From Tahibacter sp. (GTDB lineage: Bacteria; Pseudomonadota; Gammaproteobacteria; Xanthomonadales; Rhodanobacteraceae), in contig JBDTLV010000015.1 in NCBI GenBank assembly GCA_039934615.1, positions 1,151 to 65,150 on the forward strand: 64,000 nucleotides of DNA, in the 5' to 3' direction. The notes beneath the pieces are model-generated. The model did not search any database. It had not been told where the DNA came from and worked only from the letters and a program-made list of their open reading frames with translations. Position 1 is the first letter of the stretch. Every line of letters begins with the position of its first letter. Both the position numbers and the translations under genes were made by a program. Shown piece by piece: positions 31,472-41,146 of this stretch.

Positions 31472-33214
31472 TCAGCCGAGAAAGCCCCGGTTGCTCAGTA
31501 ATGCCAGCACTTGGTTGGCCAGAATCCCGGTATCCGCATCGGTGCTGTCCAGACTCAACTCGGGCGTCTGCGGAACCTCGTACGGATCGCTGACTCCGGT
31601 GAATTGCGGAATCTTGCCGGCGCGCGCCTGGGCGTACAGACCCTTGCGATCGCGGCTCTCGCAAACCTCGATCGGCGTAGAAACATAAATCTCCACAAAC
31701 GCCCCGTGCTGTTCGACCAACCTGCGCACCTCGGCACGCGTGTCCGCGTAAGGGGCGATCGGCGCGCAGACGGCTATGCCGCCGTGACGGGCAATTTCAG
31801 CGGCGACCCAACCGATCCGCGTGACATTGGCGACCCGGTCCTCCCGCGAGAAGCCAAGCCCCTTGGACAGGTTCTTGCGCACCTCGTCGCCGTCGAGCAA
31901 TGTGATCGGGCGGCTGGTGCGTTCGAGCAGCCCTGCGATGACCGCTTCGGCCAGCGTCGACTTGCCCGAGCCGGACAAGCCGGTGAAGAACAAGGTCAAG
32001 CCGCGATTCGCGTTTGCCGGGTGGCGCTCACGCAGGATCTGCACCACGTCCGGAAACGTAAACCAGTCGGGAATTTCTTCGCCGGTCGACAGGCGGCGGC
32101 GCAATTCGGTGCCGGAGATATCCCGGACCTCGTCATCGGGGCGCACTTCGGTGACCGGAATGTAGCTGTCGCGATTGGCGGCATACACCATCGCCGGGAA
32201 CGGCACGACGCGAATACCGACTTCCTGTTGATGGCGCGCGAGCAGTTCCTGCGCGGCGTAGGGATCGTAGAACGGCTTGCCGTCGGCACCATTGCCAGGA
32301 CCGGCATGATCGCGGCCGACGATAAAGTGCGACGCGCCGTAGTTCTTGCGAATGATGGCGTGCCACAGTGCTTCGCGGGGGCCGGCCATGCGCATCGCAA
32401 GCGGCAGCAGCGACAGCACGGCGTCGTTCTTCGGGTAGTGCTTGAGCAGCGCCTTGTAGCATCGTACCCGAGTGTAATGATCCACATCGCCCGGTTTGGT
32501 TCGGCCGACGACTGGCTGGATGAGCAGCTTCGCGCCGACTTGCTCGGCGGCACGCAGGGTCAGTTCGCGATGCGCCCGGTGCATCGGATTGCGCGTCTGG
32601 AATGCCACGATGGTTTGCCAGCCGTGCTGCGCAAACCAGGCGCGCAAGCTCGCGGGACTGTCACGCAATTCGCTGAAGTCATGATGCTGCGGTGCCTGAA
32701 TGCCGCGCAAGCGGCCGCCCAGATAGACCGGATGGCTGCGTTCGAGTACGTCGGCGACGCCGGGGTGAGTCGTGTCCGTCGTGCCAAAGACCTTGCGCGC
32801 TTCGTTGATTTTGTCGGGAAAGTAGATGTCGTCAACGTCGATGACGGCAAGGGGAACTCCCTGGCTGTCCCGCAGTGCGACGCGGCTGCCGAGCTGGATC
32901 GACGCAGCAAAGGACTCGCTCACGTCAAGGGTGACTGGCACCGGCCACAAGGTGCCGTCGGCCAGTCGGAGCTGCTCGACCACACTCTCATAGTCGCGAC
33001 GGCCAAGGAATCCTTGCAATGGGGAAAATGCACCATTCAGCAAAAGTTCGAGATCGCACAGCTGGCGTGCGCTGAGGTCCCAGCCGGGCAGCGTCGCGCT
33101 GAGCTGTTTCAGCAATGTCGCTTCGGCAGCGGGAAGATAGAGTTCCTTGAGCTCGCCGCCGTGCGGCGGATTCAAGGTGTCGGTGTAGATCGGCAGTGCA
33201 GCTGAGCGTGACAT
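31472..33214 (-). CDS. sat: bifunctional sulfate adenylyltransferase (Sat type)/adenylylsulfate kinase
   Basis: 580 aa. The ATP-sulfurylase motifs are QTRNPMHRAHRELT and GRDHAGPG. The C-terminal APS-kinase P-loop is FFTGLSGSGKSTLA, followed by LDGDEVR. Confidence 0.9.
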   Translation of the reverse strand: MSRSAALPIYTDTLNPPHGGELKELYLPAAEATLLKQLSATLPGWDLSARQLCDLELLLNGAFSPLQGFLGRRDYESVVEQLRLADGTLWPVPVTLDVSESFAASIQLGSRVALRDSQGVPLAVIDVDDIYFPDKINEARKVFGTTDTTHPGVADVLERSHPVYLGGRLRGIQAPQHHDFSELRDSPASLRAWFAQHGWQTIVAFQTRNPMHRAHRELTLRAAEQVGAKLLIQPVVGRTKPGDVDHYTRVRCYKALLKHYPKNDAVLSLLPLAMRMAGPREALWHAIIRKNYGASHFIVGRDHAGPGNGADGKPFYDPYAAQELLARHQQEVGIRVVPFPAMVYAANRDSYIPVTEVRPDDEVRDISGTELRRRLSTGEEIPDWFTFPDVVQILRERHPANANRGLTLFFTGLSGSGKSTLAEAVIAGLLERTSRPITLLDGDEVRKNLSKGLGFSREDRVANVTRIGWVAAEIARHGGIAVCAPIAPYADTRAEVRRLVEQHGAFVEIYVSTPIEVCESRDRKGLYAQARAGKIPQFTGVSDPYEVPQTPELSLDSTDADTGILANQVLALLSNRGFLG

Positions 33215-33482
33215 CGTTATTCCATCAAGGGAGTGAGGGCAGTCGCATCCGCTACGGTGCGATAGGGTTCATCGGGCAACGCAAAACGCAAACTTCGAAT
33301 GTATGGCGCAAACTGGAATCGCAATTCGGCAATGCCCGGTGCGGCGGTTCGCGAAGGTCGCGACGTTCCGGTTGGCGCATCCTGCCGCGGTAGCACGGGA
33401 GCTCAGCGCGTCACGCATGTTGTCGTCCGGAACTTGAGGTACGGATTCACCGCGCTCGACGGTGTTCCTGGCGTGATCAAAG

Positions 33483-34205
33483 TCATACCTCGACATGCAG
33501 GCCGCATTCGCGCTTGAGGCCGAAAAACCGCGTGTCTTCGTCGCGCATGCCGGCTTCCCAGCGCGCCGTGGTGTGTACGTCGCCGATGGACACGTAGCCC
33601 TGTTCCCACAGCGGGTGATAGGGGAGGTCGTGCGCCTGCAGGTATTGCCAGACGTCCCGATCGGACCAGTCGACCAACGGATGGAATTTCCAGCGGCCGT
33701 TGCGCAATTCGAGAATCTGCGTGTCAGCGCGCGTTTGCGCCTGTGCACGCCGCAATCCGGCGATCCAGCTGCGCGCGCCGAGGTCATCGAGAGCACGGCG
33801 CATGGGCTCGACCTTGCGCAGACGGTTGTAGCGGTCGATGCCTTCGACGCCCTGTTCCCAGAGACGGCCGAAGCGCGCTTCCATCCAGGCGATTCCGATG
33901 GTCGGCCGATAGACATGCAGATCGAGCTTGAGGCGTTCGGTCAATGTATCGGCGAAGCGATAGGTTTCCGGAAACAGATATCCGGTATCGACCAGCACGA
34001 CGGGCACGTCGGCTTTCTGCCGGGTCACCAGATGAAGAATCGCCGCGGATTGCGCGCCGAAGCTCGATGAGAGCGCTTGACGCCCGGGCAAGGTCTGCAA
34101 GGCCCAGGTGACCCGATCGGCTGCATCGAGGCGTTCGAGCTCGGCATTGAGTTCGCTCAGCGCGCGCGCATCTTCGGCAGCACTGATCAAGTCAGGAGCA
34201 GTCAT
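33483..34205 (-). CDS. cysH: phosphoadenosine phosphosulfate (PAPS) reductase
   Basis: 240 aa with the C-terminal ECGLH motif. It lacks the extra Cys pairs of Fe-S APS reductases. Its start (ATG 34203-34205 complement) overlaps the cysI stop (TGA 34202-34204 complement) in an ATGA overlap. Confidence 0.9.
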   Translation of the reverse strand: MTAPDLISAAEDARALSELNAELERLDAADRVTWALQTLPGRQALSSSFGAQSAAILHLVTRQKADVPVVLVDTGYLFPETYRFADTLTERLKLDLHVYRPTIGIAWMEARFGRLWEQGVEGIDRYNRLRKVEPMRRALDDLGARSWIAGLRRAQAQTRADTQILELRNGRWKFHPLVDWSDRDVWQYLQAHDLPYHPLWEQGYVSIGDVHTTARWEAGMRDEDTRFFGLKRECGLHVEV

Positions 34206-35899
34206 GTGTGCATCTCCACAGGTATATTTACACGCATAGTCGCAGTTGCAACAATGCCGGAACGCAGCAGAAAATCGCCAAATCCCTCACCGGGTTCGCG
34301 TTCGGCGGCATAGCGCGCAAACAATGGGTCGAGCTCGGCGAGAATCGCGGACTCGTCAATATTCTCGCGATACAGGCGATTGAGACGCTGACCGCGCGCA
34401 TCGGCGCCGAGCATCAGGTTGTAGCGCCCCGGGGCTTTGCCGACCAGCGCAATCTCACCCAGGTAGGGGCGCGAGCAGCCATTCGGGCATCCGGAAATGC
34501 GCAACAGGATTGGTGCATCGGCGATGCCATGTACCGCGAGCTGCGCTTCGATGCGGGCGAGCAAGTCGGGCAGGTAGCGCTCGGCCTCCGCCATGGCGAG
34601 TCCGCAAGTCGGCAGCGCGACGCAGGCGATCGCATTGCGCCGCAAGGGACTACTGTGACGGTGCCCATCCAGTCCGTATTCGGCGACCAGAGCGTCGATA
34701 TCGGCTCGGTCAGCCGCATCGACATTGCTGATCAGCAGATTCTGATTCGGTGTGAGGCGGAAGTCACCGCTGTGGATCTGCGCAATGGCGCGCAAACCGG
34801 AAAGGTGGCGTTTTTCGTTACGATCGCGAATCCGACCCGACTCGATGCGCAGACCCAGGTGCCAGCGCCCATCGTTCCCTTCCATCCAGCCAAATTGGTC
34901 GCCACTGTGTTCGAAGGCGTACGAATGTGCCGGACCCAGCGCAAATCCTGCGCGGCGTTCGACTTCGGCCTTGAACGCATCCAGTCCGCGATCGTCGATG
35001 GTGTACTTCAGTCGGGCGCGCTTGCGCTCGCTGCGATTTCCCCAGTCGCGCTGGGTGGTAATCACGGCTGTGCCGATCGCGATCACCTGCTCCGGCGTGA
35101 TGAAGCCGATCACATCCGCGAGACGCGGATAGGTCGTTGGATCGCCGTGGCTGGCACCCATGCCGCCACCGATCGTGACGTTGTAGCCGAGCAGCGCGCC
35201 GGACCGGATGATTGCGATAAAGCCCAGGTCATTGGCGAAGACGTCCACATCATTGAGCGGGGGCACGGCAAACGCGGTCTTGAATTTGCGCGGCAGGTAG
35301 GTCGGGCCGTAGATCGGTTCGGCTTCGACTGCTCCGGCAACGAGTTCCTCGTCGAGCCAGATTTCGTGGTAGGCCCGTGTGGCTGGCAGAAAATGCTGCG
35401 AAAATGCATTTGCATGCTCATACACTTCCGCGTGGAAGCGTGACAGTTGCGGATTTGCCGCGACCAGCACATTGCGGTTGATGTCGCCGCAGGTGGCGAT
35501 CGTGTCGATCAGGCTGGCATTGATCGCAGCGAGCGTGGTTTTCAGTTCCCGCTTGATGACGCCGTGGAACTGAAAGGTCTGTCGTGTTGTGATACGCAGC
35601 GACTGGTTCGCATAGCGTGTGGCGACATCATCGAGCGCCAGCCATTGCGCCGCCGAGACCACGCCGCCCGGCAAGCGCAGGCGGATCAGGAATTGATAGT
35701 CCGGTTCGAGCTTCTGCTGGCGACGCTCCTCGCGCAGATCGCGGTCGTCCTGCTGGTAGCTGCCATGGTATTTGAGCAACTGCGTATCGGCATCGCGCAG
35801 CGCACCGGTGACCGGATCGGCCAGGCTCTCAACCAGGCTGCCGCGCAGAAAGCGGCTTTGCTGCTTGACGGTCTCGACGGCAGACAGGGTCGTGCTCAT
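34202..35899 (-). CDS. cysI: sulfite reductase hemoprotein beta subunit
   Basis: 565 aa. It has nitrite/sulfite reductase 4Fe-4S/siroheme Cys motifs ([13 protein letters not shown] and [10 protein letters not shown]). Confidence 0.9.
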   Translation of the reverse strand: MSTTLSAVETVKQQSRFLRGSLVESLADPVTGALRDADTQLLKYHGSYQQDDRDLREERRQQKLEPDYQFLIRLRLPGGVVSAAQWLALDDVATRYANQSLRITTRQTFQFHGVIKRELKTTLAAINASLIDTIATCGDINRNVLVAANPQLSRFHAEVYEHANAFSQHFLPATRAYHEIWLDEELVAGAVEAEPIYGPTYLPRKFKTAFAVPPLNDVDVFANDLGFIAIIRSGALLGYNVTIGGGMGASHGDPTTYPRLADVIGFITPEQVIAIGTAVITTQRDWGNRSERKRARLKYTIDDRGLDAFKAEVERRAGFALGPAHSYAFEHSGDQFGWMEGNDGRWHLGLRIESGRIRDRNEKRHLSGLRAIAQIHSGDFRLTPNQNLLISNVDAADRADIDALVAEYGLDGHRHSSPLRRNAIACVALPTCGLAMAEAERYLPDLLARIEAQLAVHGIADAPILLRISGCPNGCSRPYLGEIALVGKAPGRYNLMLGADARGQRLNRLYRENIDESAILAELDPLFARYAAEREPGEGFGDFLLRSGIVATATMRVNIPVEMHT

Positions 35900-37713
35900 C
35901 AGTAGACGTCCCGCGCGTAGCGCCCCTGCTGCTGCAGGGCGTTGATCCAGGCCTCGGCATCATCGCGCGGTTTGCCGCCATGGTTCATCGCAACGTCGAC
36001 CAGTGCGGCGTGCACGTCCTTTGCCATGCGCGTCGCATCGCCGCATACGTACACCTGTGCACCTTTCTCGATCCAGTCGTAGACGGCCGCGCCGTTTTCC
36101 GCGATGCGTTGCTGCACATAGACTTTTTGCAACTGGTCGCGTGAAAATGCCAGGTCAAGGCGGTTCAGCGCGCCGGATTTCAACGCGGCCTGCCATTCGG
36201 TCTGATAGAGGAAGTCCTGACGCTGATGCGGATTGCCGAAGAACAACCAGTTGCGGCCACTTCCGCCGACCGCCGTGCGCTCCTGGACGAAGCCGCGGAA
36301 GGGCGCAACACCGGTACCCGGACCAATCATGATCACGTCGCGGGAAGGGTCTTTTGGCAGGTGAAAACGCTCGTTTCGCTCAATGTATACAGGTATCCGA
36401 TGGGACTCGGACTGGCGCGCGAGGAAGTCCGACGCCGTTCCCCAGTGCGCGCACCCGAAGGCCTCGTAGTGCACGTGTGCGACGGTGAGGTGGACCTCGT
36501 CGCCGACCAGTTTCTGACTCGATGCGATCGAGTACAGGCGCGGCGCAAGTGGTCGCAGTGCGGCTACCAGTTCCTCGGCTGACCACGCAGCGGGATAGGC
36601 GCGCAGCAGATCGATGATCTGATAGTCCGCCAGCAGTTTCGCCAGATGTCCGCTGTGGTCCGGCGACAGCAGCCGGTTGAGCTCGGCGTTGCCTGCCAGC
36701 GCTGCGTGGGTTGCGATGAACGGGCGACTCAAGCGGGTCAACTCGCGCTGTTCGGATAGCCACAGCCGCAAAGGCTGGCTGGTGGTTGCGTGCTGCACAT
36801 GGCTGTTGCCATCCAGGCCCAGTTGCGCGAGTACGGCATCGACGAGTGGCGCAGGATTGTGCGGCCACACGCCCAGCGCGTCGCCGGGTTCGTAGCTCAG
36901 TGCGGAGCCGGCCAGGGAAATTTCCACATGGCGAACGTCACGCGAGCTGTCACGTGCGGTGATGCGCTGGTTGGCCAGCACTTCTGCCGCGTAAGGGCGA
37001 GCCCTTGACCACGCGATGGCGGCGGGCAGGGGACGCAGCGCCGTGACGCTGGACCGCGCGACGGTCGACTTGATCGTTTCGCGGGCGGCCTGCAGAGCCT
37101 GGTCCAGCCACGGAGTCGCTACGCTGTCGATATCCAGATCCGCGTCGGCTCGCTCGAAAAGCCGGCTGGCGCCAAGCGCAGCGAGTCGTGCATCGAGGTT
37201 GCGCGCAATCGCGCTGAACTGCGGGTAACTGCTGTCGCCGAGCCCAAGAATGGCAAATTTCAATTCGGATAATTGTGGAGCCCGCTTGCCGGCGATATAT
37301 TCCACAAACGCGCGCGCGTCATCGGGCGGATCGCCATCGCCCTGCGTGCTGATGACGACATACAGCAGACGTTCCGCCGCCAGTTCCCGGATCGGGTAGG
37401 CGTCCGCACGCAGCAGCCGCACCGCAAGGCCTGCCGATTCGGCGCGCCCGGCAAGTTGTTCCGCAAGCCTTTTCGAATTGCCGGTCTGGCTGCCATAGAC
37501 GATCGTCAGGCGTTGCGAGGCCGACGCCTCTCGCGCAGGACCCGGAAGCGGGACGCGGCTGGCGTTGGGATGGGTAGCCAGTGCGGCCGCGTAACCGGAC
37601 AGCCACCAGAGTGCCGGCGAGTCCAGGCCATCCGTCAGGCGCGTCAGCAGGCCGACCTTGTCATCGGAGAGCGGAGCGGTAAGCGGAGCTGCGCTGGCGG
37701 ACATGAGGGACAC
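35899..37713 (-). CDS. cysJ: sulfite reductase flavoprotein alpha subunit
   Basis: 604 aa counted from the GTG at 37713; an ATG at 37704 is an alternative start. It has a flavodoxin-like part ([10 protein letters not shown]) and an FAD/NADPH part ([22 protein letters not shown]), and ends ...YARDVY. Confidence 0.9.
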   Translation of the reverse strand: MSLMSASAAPLTAPLSDDKVGLLTRLTDGLDSPALWWLSGYAAALATHPNASRVPLPGPAREASASQRLTIVYGSQTGNSKRLAEQLAGRAESAGLAVRLLRADAYPIRELAAERLLYVVISTQGDGDPPDDARAFVEYIAGKRAPQLSELKFAILGLGDSSYPQFSAIARNLDARLAALGASRLFERADADLDIDSVATPWLDQALQAARETIKSTVARSSVTALRPLPAAIAWSRARPYAAEVLANQRITARDSSRDVRHVEISLAGSALSYEPGDALGVWPHNPAPLVDAVLAQLGLDGNSHVQHATTSQPLRLWLSEQRELTRLSRPFIATHAALAGNAELNRLLSPDHSGHLAKLLADYQIIDLLRAYPAAWSAEELVAALRPLAPRLYSIASSQKLVGDEVHLTVAHVHYEAFGCAHWGTASDFLARQSESHRIPVYIERNERFHLPKDPSRDVIMIGPGTGVAPFRGFVQERTAVGGSGRNWLFFGNPHQRQDFLYQTEWQAALKSGALNRLDLAFSRDQLQKVYVQQRIAENGAAVYDWIEKGAQVYVCGDATRMAKDVHAALVDVAMNHGGKPRDDAEAWINALQQQGRYARDVY

Positions 37714-38013
37714 CGATTCGTTTGGACGTCCAAACGTTCCTTGCAGCGATTCTGGGCGTCACTGTCCTTGCGCGGAAAGGATGCAGGGTTATGCGGTTAT
37801 GCCGGAGGGGTATTACCACCTCGGCGGCGGACGAGCGGCGCGGCTGGCATCATCGCCTTGGAAAATCGGTGGGGCGTCACCGTTGCGCAGAATCGACGTG
37901 CCCAATAGCCGCCCCGATTCCCGATTCCCGTGCTTGCTGCGCTGCGGCGTGACTGGGCTGTACCTTCCCGCACAATGGAGCGGCGCAGGCCCCAGGGCCT
38001 GCCGGGAGGGAAA

Positions 38014-38048
38014 CCCGCCGCGGATCGCACTGCGGCGGGTTTTTTTTT
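38014..38048 (+). terminator. orphan rho-independent terminator (8-10 bp GC stem plus T9)
   Basis: CCCGCCGC (38014-38021) pairs with GCGGCGGG (38032-38039) and is followed by nine T (38040-48). It is plus-strand oriented. There is no credible plus-strand CDS upstream of it, and the next plus-strand CDS starts at 38264. Confidence 0.7.
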
Positions 38049-38263
38049 GCCCGCGCCATTCCTTCGGCTGATCCCGGAGCGCAATGCGATGTAGGCCGAG
38101 CGACACCTTGCGACTGACAAATCGGCGCTTCCGGGCAGTACGGCCAGTACGGCCAATGACTGATTTATTGCGTGGTCGCACTGCGCAGAATCCAGTGCTT
38201 AGCTGCGGCGATCGGTCGCCCTGGACCGAGCGAGCTTACGCAGCGACCCTGGGAGAGCAAACG

Positions 38264-40960
38264 ATGAAACGACTCTATGCAGCCGGCGCAGCGCTGGCGT
38301 TGATGATGGGACTGGCGGGCACGGCCGCGGCGGCTGGATTCGATTCGGCCAAGACGAAACTCGGGTTCGACGCGCTCGACATGGACAAGGTCGCTGCGGA
38401 AGATGCGCTGACTGATTTCAAGGAGCAGAAATACCGCTTTGCGGTGGGACGCGACGTCAGCGTGAATCCGACAGGGCACGGTCAATGGGACACCAAGTCC
38501 GACGGCAGCCTGTCCTGGACGTTCGAAGTCGACACACCGGATGCCGCGCATCTGAATTTCGGCTTCAACCCCTTTCATTTGCCAGCCGGCGCAGTACTGA
38601 CCATCCGGGCATTGGACGGAAGTCAGTCGATCGGACCTTTTACTGAAAAAGACAATTCTTCCTCGGGCCAATTGTGGACGGCGGTACTTCTTGCCAATTC
38701 CGCTGTTCTTGAGTTGAGCGTGCCGGCTGGCAAGCAGGCCGAGGTGCAGCTGAATCTGGTCAAGGTCGGTCAGGGTTATCGCGGCTTCGGCGCGACGGCC
38801 AAGCATTGCAAAGCCGGCGCCTGCAACATGGATGTTGCCTGCCTCGCTGCCGGCGATCCCTGGCAGGGCCCGCGTCGCTCCGTCGCCGCCTATACGGTAG
38901 GCGGCACCGATACCTGTACCGGTTCGTTGCTCAACAACACCGCGAACGATCGTCGCATGTTGTTCATTACGGCCAGCCACTGCAGTGTCAACAACAACAC
39001 CGTCGGTGCGACTCTGGTGGCGTACTGGAATTATGAATCGGCGACCTGCCGCACGCCCGGTTCACCGGCGAGCGGAACGATCGTGCCGCGACCGAGCACG
39101 ACCCAGAACGGTGTGCGATTCCTTGCGCAGACGCAGAGTCCGTTTGCCGGCGGTTCGGGTGCGGGCAATACCCGATCCGACAACACCCTGCTGGAATTCC
39201 TGGCTCCGGCCAACCCGGCCTACAACCTGTTCTGGGCTGGCTGGGATCGTCGCGACATCGCAGCGCCGTGCTCGGCCCCCGTCGACGCCACCTCGACGGT
39301 CGGTCTGTGCGCGGGCATCCACCATCCAAACGTCGACGAAAAGCGGATCACCTTCGTCGAGGCCAACATGACCAGCGGCGATATCTCGTCCGGTGTCGGT
39401 GTTCACTGGCACGCGTTCTGGGATCCGACGCCGCCGCTGCTGCCGGGAATCACACCGCCACCGACTTCGGTCGTGCCGGGCGTGACCGAGCCGGGTTCGT
39501 CCGGTTCACCTTTGTACAATGCCAATCAGCGTCTGATCGGCGTGCTTAGCGGCGGGCCTTCGGCATGCGGCGCGACCGGTGCGAACCTGTCGGACTTCTA
39601 CGGCAAGCTCGCGCATGCATGGGAAGGCGGCGGCACGGCGACGACGGCGCTGAAGAGCTATCTCGACCCCGCTGGCGCTGGCACTGCAGATACGGTCGAC
39701 GGCATTGGCCAGTGCACCCAGCCAGCCACACCAACGGGTGTGACGGCGACGGCTAGCGCGGCAAATCAGCTCACGGTGAGCTGGACTGCGGTGTCCGGCA
39801 TCACCAAATATCGCGTGTTCCGTTCGGCCGGTGCCTGCCCGGGTACGAATTTTTCGCAGATTGCCGAAGTGGACAATGTGACCAGTTATGCGGACAACAC
39901 GGTCTCGGGTGGCTCCAGCTATTCCTACAAGGTAGCCTCGGTCAGCGCCGAGCCTTGCGAATCGCCGCAGAGCACCTGCAGCGGCGCGACGGCAACGGGC
40001 GTGTGCTCGCTGTCGCCGACCTTCGCCGGTGCGACGTCCGCGACGAGTTCGGGCAGTCTGACCTGCGGCGTCAACGTCAATTGGGCCGCAGCGACGCCGA
40101 ACTGCGGAGCCGGCGGTCAGGTCCGCTACAACGTTTTCCGTTCGACCACCGCAGGCTTTACGCCGTCGGCAGCGAATGCGATCCAGACCTGCGTGACGGG
40201 AACGAGCATCACCGACACGCCGCTGAATCCGGCAACTCCGTACTACTACGTGGTGCGCTCGGAAGATTCCAACGGCAGCGGCAGCGGCGTCTGCGCGAGC
40301 GGCCTGCAGGACAACAATACGGTGCAAAAGACCGTCACCCCGGTCGGACCCGATACCGTCGCATTCAGCGACGACGTGGAGGCGGGCGCCGCAGCGTGGA
40401 ACGCCACTGGCACAGGTACAGTTGGCGCGAACTTCGCCCAGGTCACGACCCAGGCGCACTCGCCGACGCATTCTTGGTTCGTGCCGGATCCGCTGAATGT
40501 CAGCGAGCGCTTTCTGACCGCGACGGCGCCGATCGCGGTGCCGAATTCGGCGAGTACGGCGCTGGAGTTCTATATCCGCTATTTCACCGAAGCCAACTAT
40601 GACGGTACGCGTCTGGAATATTCACTGGATGGCGGCACCACCTGGAGCGACATCCTGGCCGCGCAGGGGACGGTTCCGGCCAATGCCACCCGATTCCTTT
40701 CAGGCGGTTACAACGGCACGATGAACGCCAACGGAGCATTCGGCGCCGTCATTGCCTGGCACGGCGATTTCAGTACGGCGTGGACACGCTCCAGCGTTGA
40801 TTTGGCGGATTTCCTCGGTCGCAGCGTGACCTTCCGCTTCCATTTCAAGAGCGATACATCGGTCGACCGCACTGGCTTCTGGCTCGATGACATACGCCTC
40901 TATTACGGCAGCGCGTGCAGCGCATCGGACCTGATCTTCGCAAACGGCTTCCAGCCGTGA
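38264..40960 (+). CDS. secreted lysyl-endopeptidase-like (S1 family) serine protease with two FN3-like domains and a C-terminal jelly-roll-like domain
   Basis: ORF 38084 trimmed to ATG 38264 (GGGAGAG RBS). The signal peptide is MKRLYAAGAALALMMGLAGTAAAA. The His region is CTGSLLNNTANDRRMLFITASHC and the Ser region is TEPGSSGSPLYN. The FN3-like repeats are LTVSWTAVSGITKYRVFRS and VNWAAA...VRYNVFRS. Confidence 0.75.
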   Translation: MKRLYAAGAALALMMGLAGTAAAAGFDSAKTKLGFDALDMDKVAAEDALTDFKEQKYRFAVGRDVSVNPTGHGQWDTKSDGSLSWTFEVDTPDAAHLNFGFNPFHLPAGAVLTIRALDGSQSIGPFTEKDNSSSGQLWTAVLLANSAVLELSVPAGKQAEVQLNLVKVGQGYRGFGATAKHCKAGACNMDVACLAAGDPWQGPRRSVAAYTVGGTDTCTGSLLNNTANDRRMLFITASHCSVNNNTVGATLVAYWNYESATCRTPGSPASGTIVPRPSTTQNGVRFLAQTQSPFAGGSGAGNTRSDNTLLEFLAPANPAYNLFWAGWDRRDIAAPCSAPVDATSTVGLCAGIHHPNVDEKRITFVEANMTSGDISSGVGVHWHAFWDPTPPLLPGITPPPTSVVPGVTEPGSSGSPLYNANQRLIGVLSGGPSACGATGANLSDFYGKLAHAWEGGGTATTALKSYLDPAGAGTADTVDGIGQCTQPATPTGVTATASAANQLTVSWTAVSGITKYRVFRSAGACPGTNFSQIAEVDNVTSYADNTVSGGSSYSYKVASVSAEPCESPQSTCSGATATGVCSLSPTFAGATSATSSGSLTCGVNVNWAAATPNCGAGGQVRYNVFRSTTAGFTPSAANAIQTCVTGTSITDTPLNPATPYYYVVRSEDSNGSGSGVCASGLQDNNTVQKTVTPVGPDTVAFSDDVEAGAAAWNATGTGTVGANFAQVTTQAHSPTHSWFVPDPLNVSERFLTATAPIAVPNSASTALEFYIRYFTEANYDGTRLEYSLDGGTTWSDILAAQGTVPANATRFLSGGYNGTMNANGAFGAVIAWHGDFSTAWTRSSVDLADFLGRSVTFRFHFKSDTSVDRTGFWLDDIRLYYGSACSASDLIFANGFQP

Positions 40961-40989
40961 TCGATTAAGTCAGCCGGGCGTTTTTTGCA

Positions 40990-41024
40990 GGGCCCCTCTT
41001 TCCGGAGAGGGGCCCTTTGTTTGT
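40990..41024 (+). terminator. rho-independent terminator after the protease gene
   Basis: GGGCCCCTC (40990-40998) pairs with GAGGGGCCC (41007-41015), and the TCCGGA in the loop can extend the stem. It is followed by TTTGTTTGT. Confidence 0.75.
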
Positions 41025-41146
41025 CGGGAACCTGACACGCCATGCCGGAATTTTTGCCCCGACCCCGGTTGGACGGACCATTTTTTTGTGAAATCGACGC
41101 CATCCGACGCGCAATCGTCGGGCAAATCTGATTGAATCGGCGGCCC

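Noticed and set aside
31511-33205. 564-aa plus-strand ORF.
   Set aside because: It is antisense to the sat-cysC fusion gene, which has unambiguous sulfurylase and kinase motifs.
34208-35443. 411-aa plus-strand ORF.
   Set aside because: It is antisense to cysI and is a shadow ORF.
37658-38071. 137-aa plus-strand ORF in the cysJ/protease intergenic region.
   Set aside because: It overlaps the cysJ start, reads through the terminator hairpin and T9 tract, and has no RBS and an implausible composition. The region is treated as non-coding.
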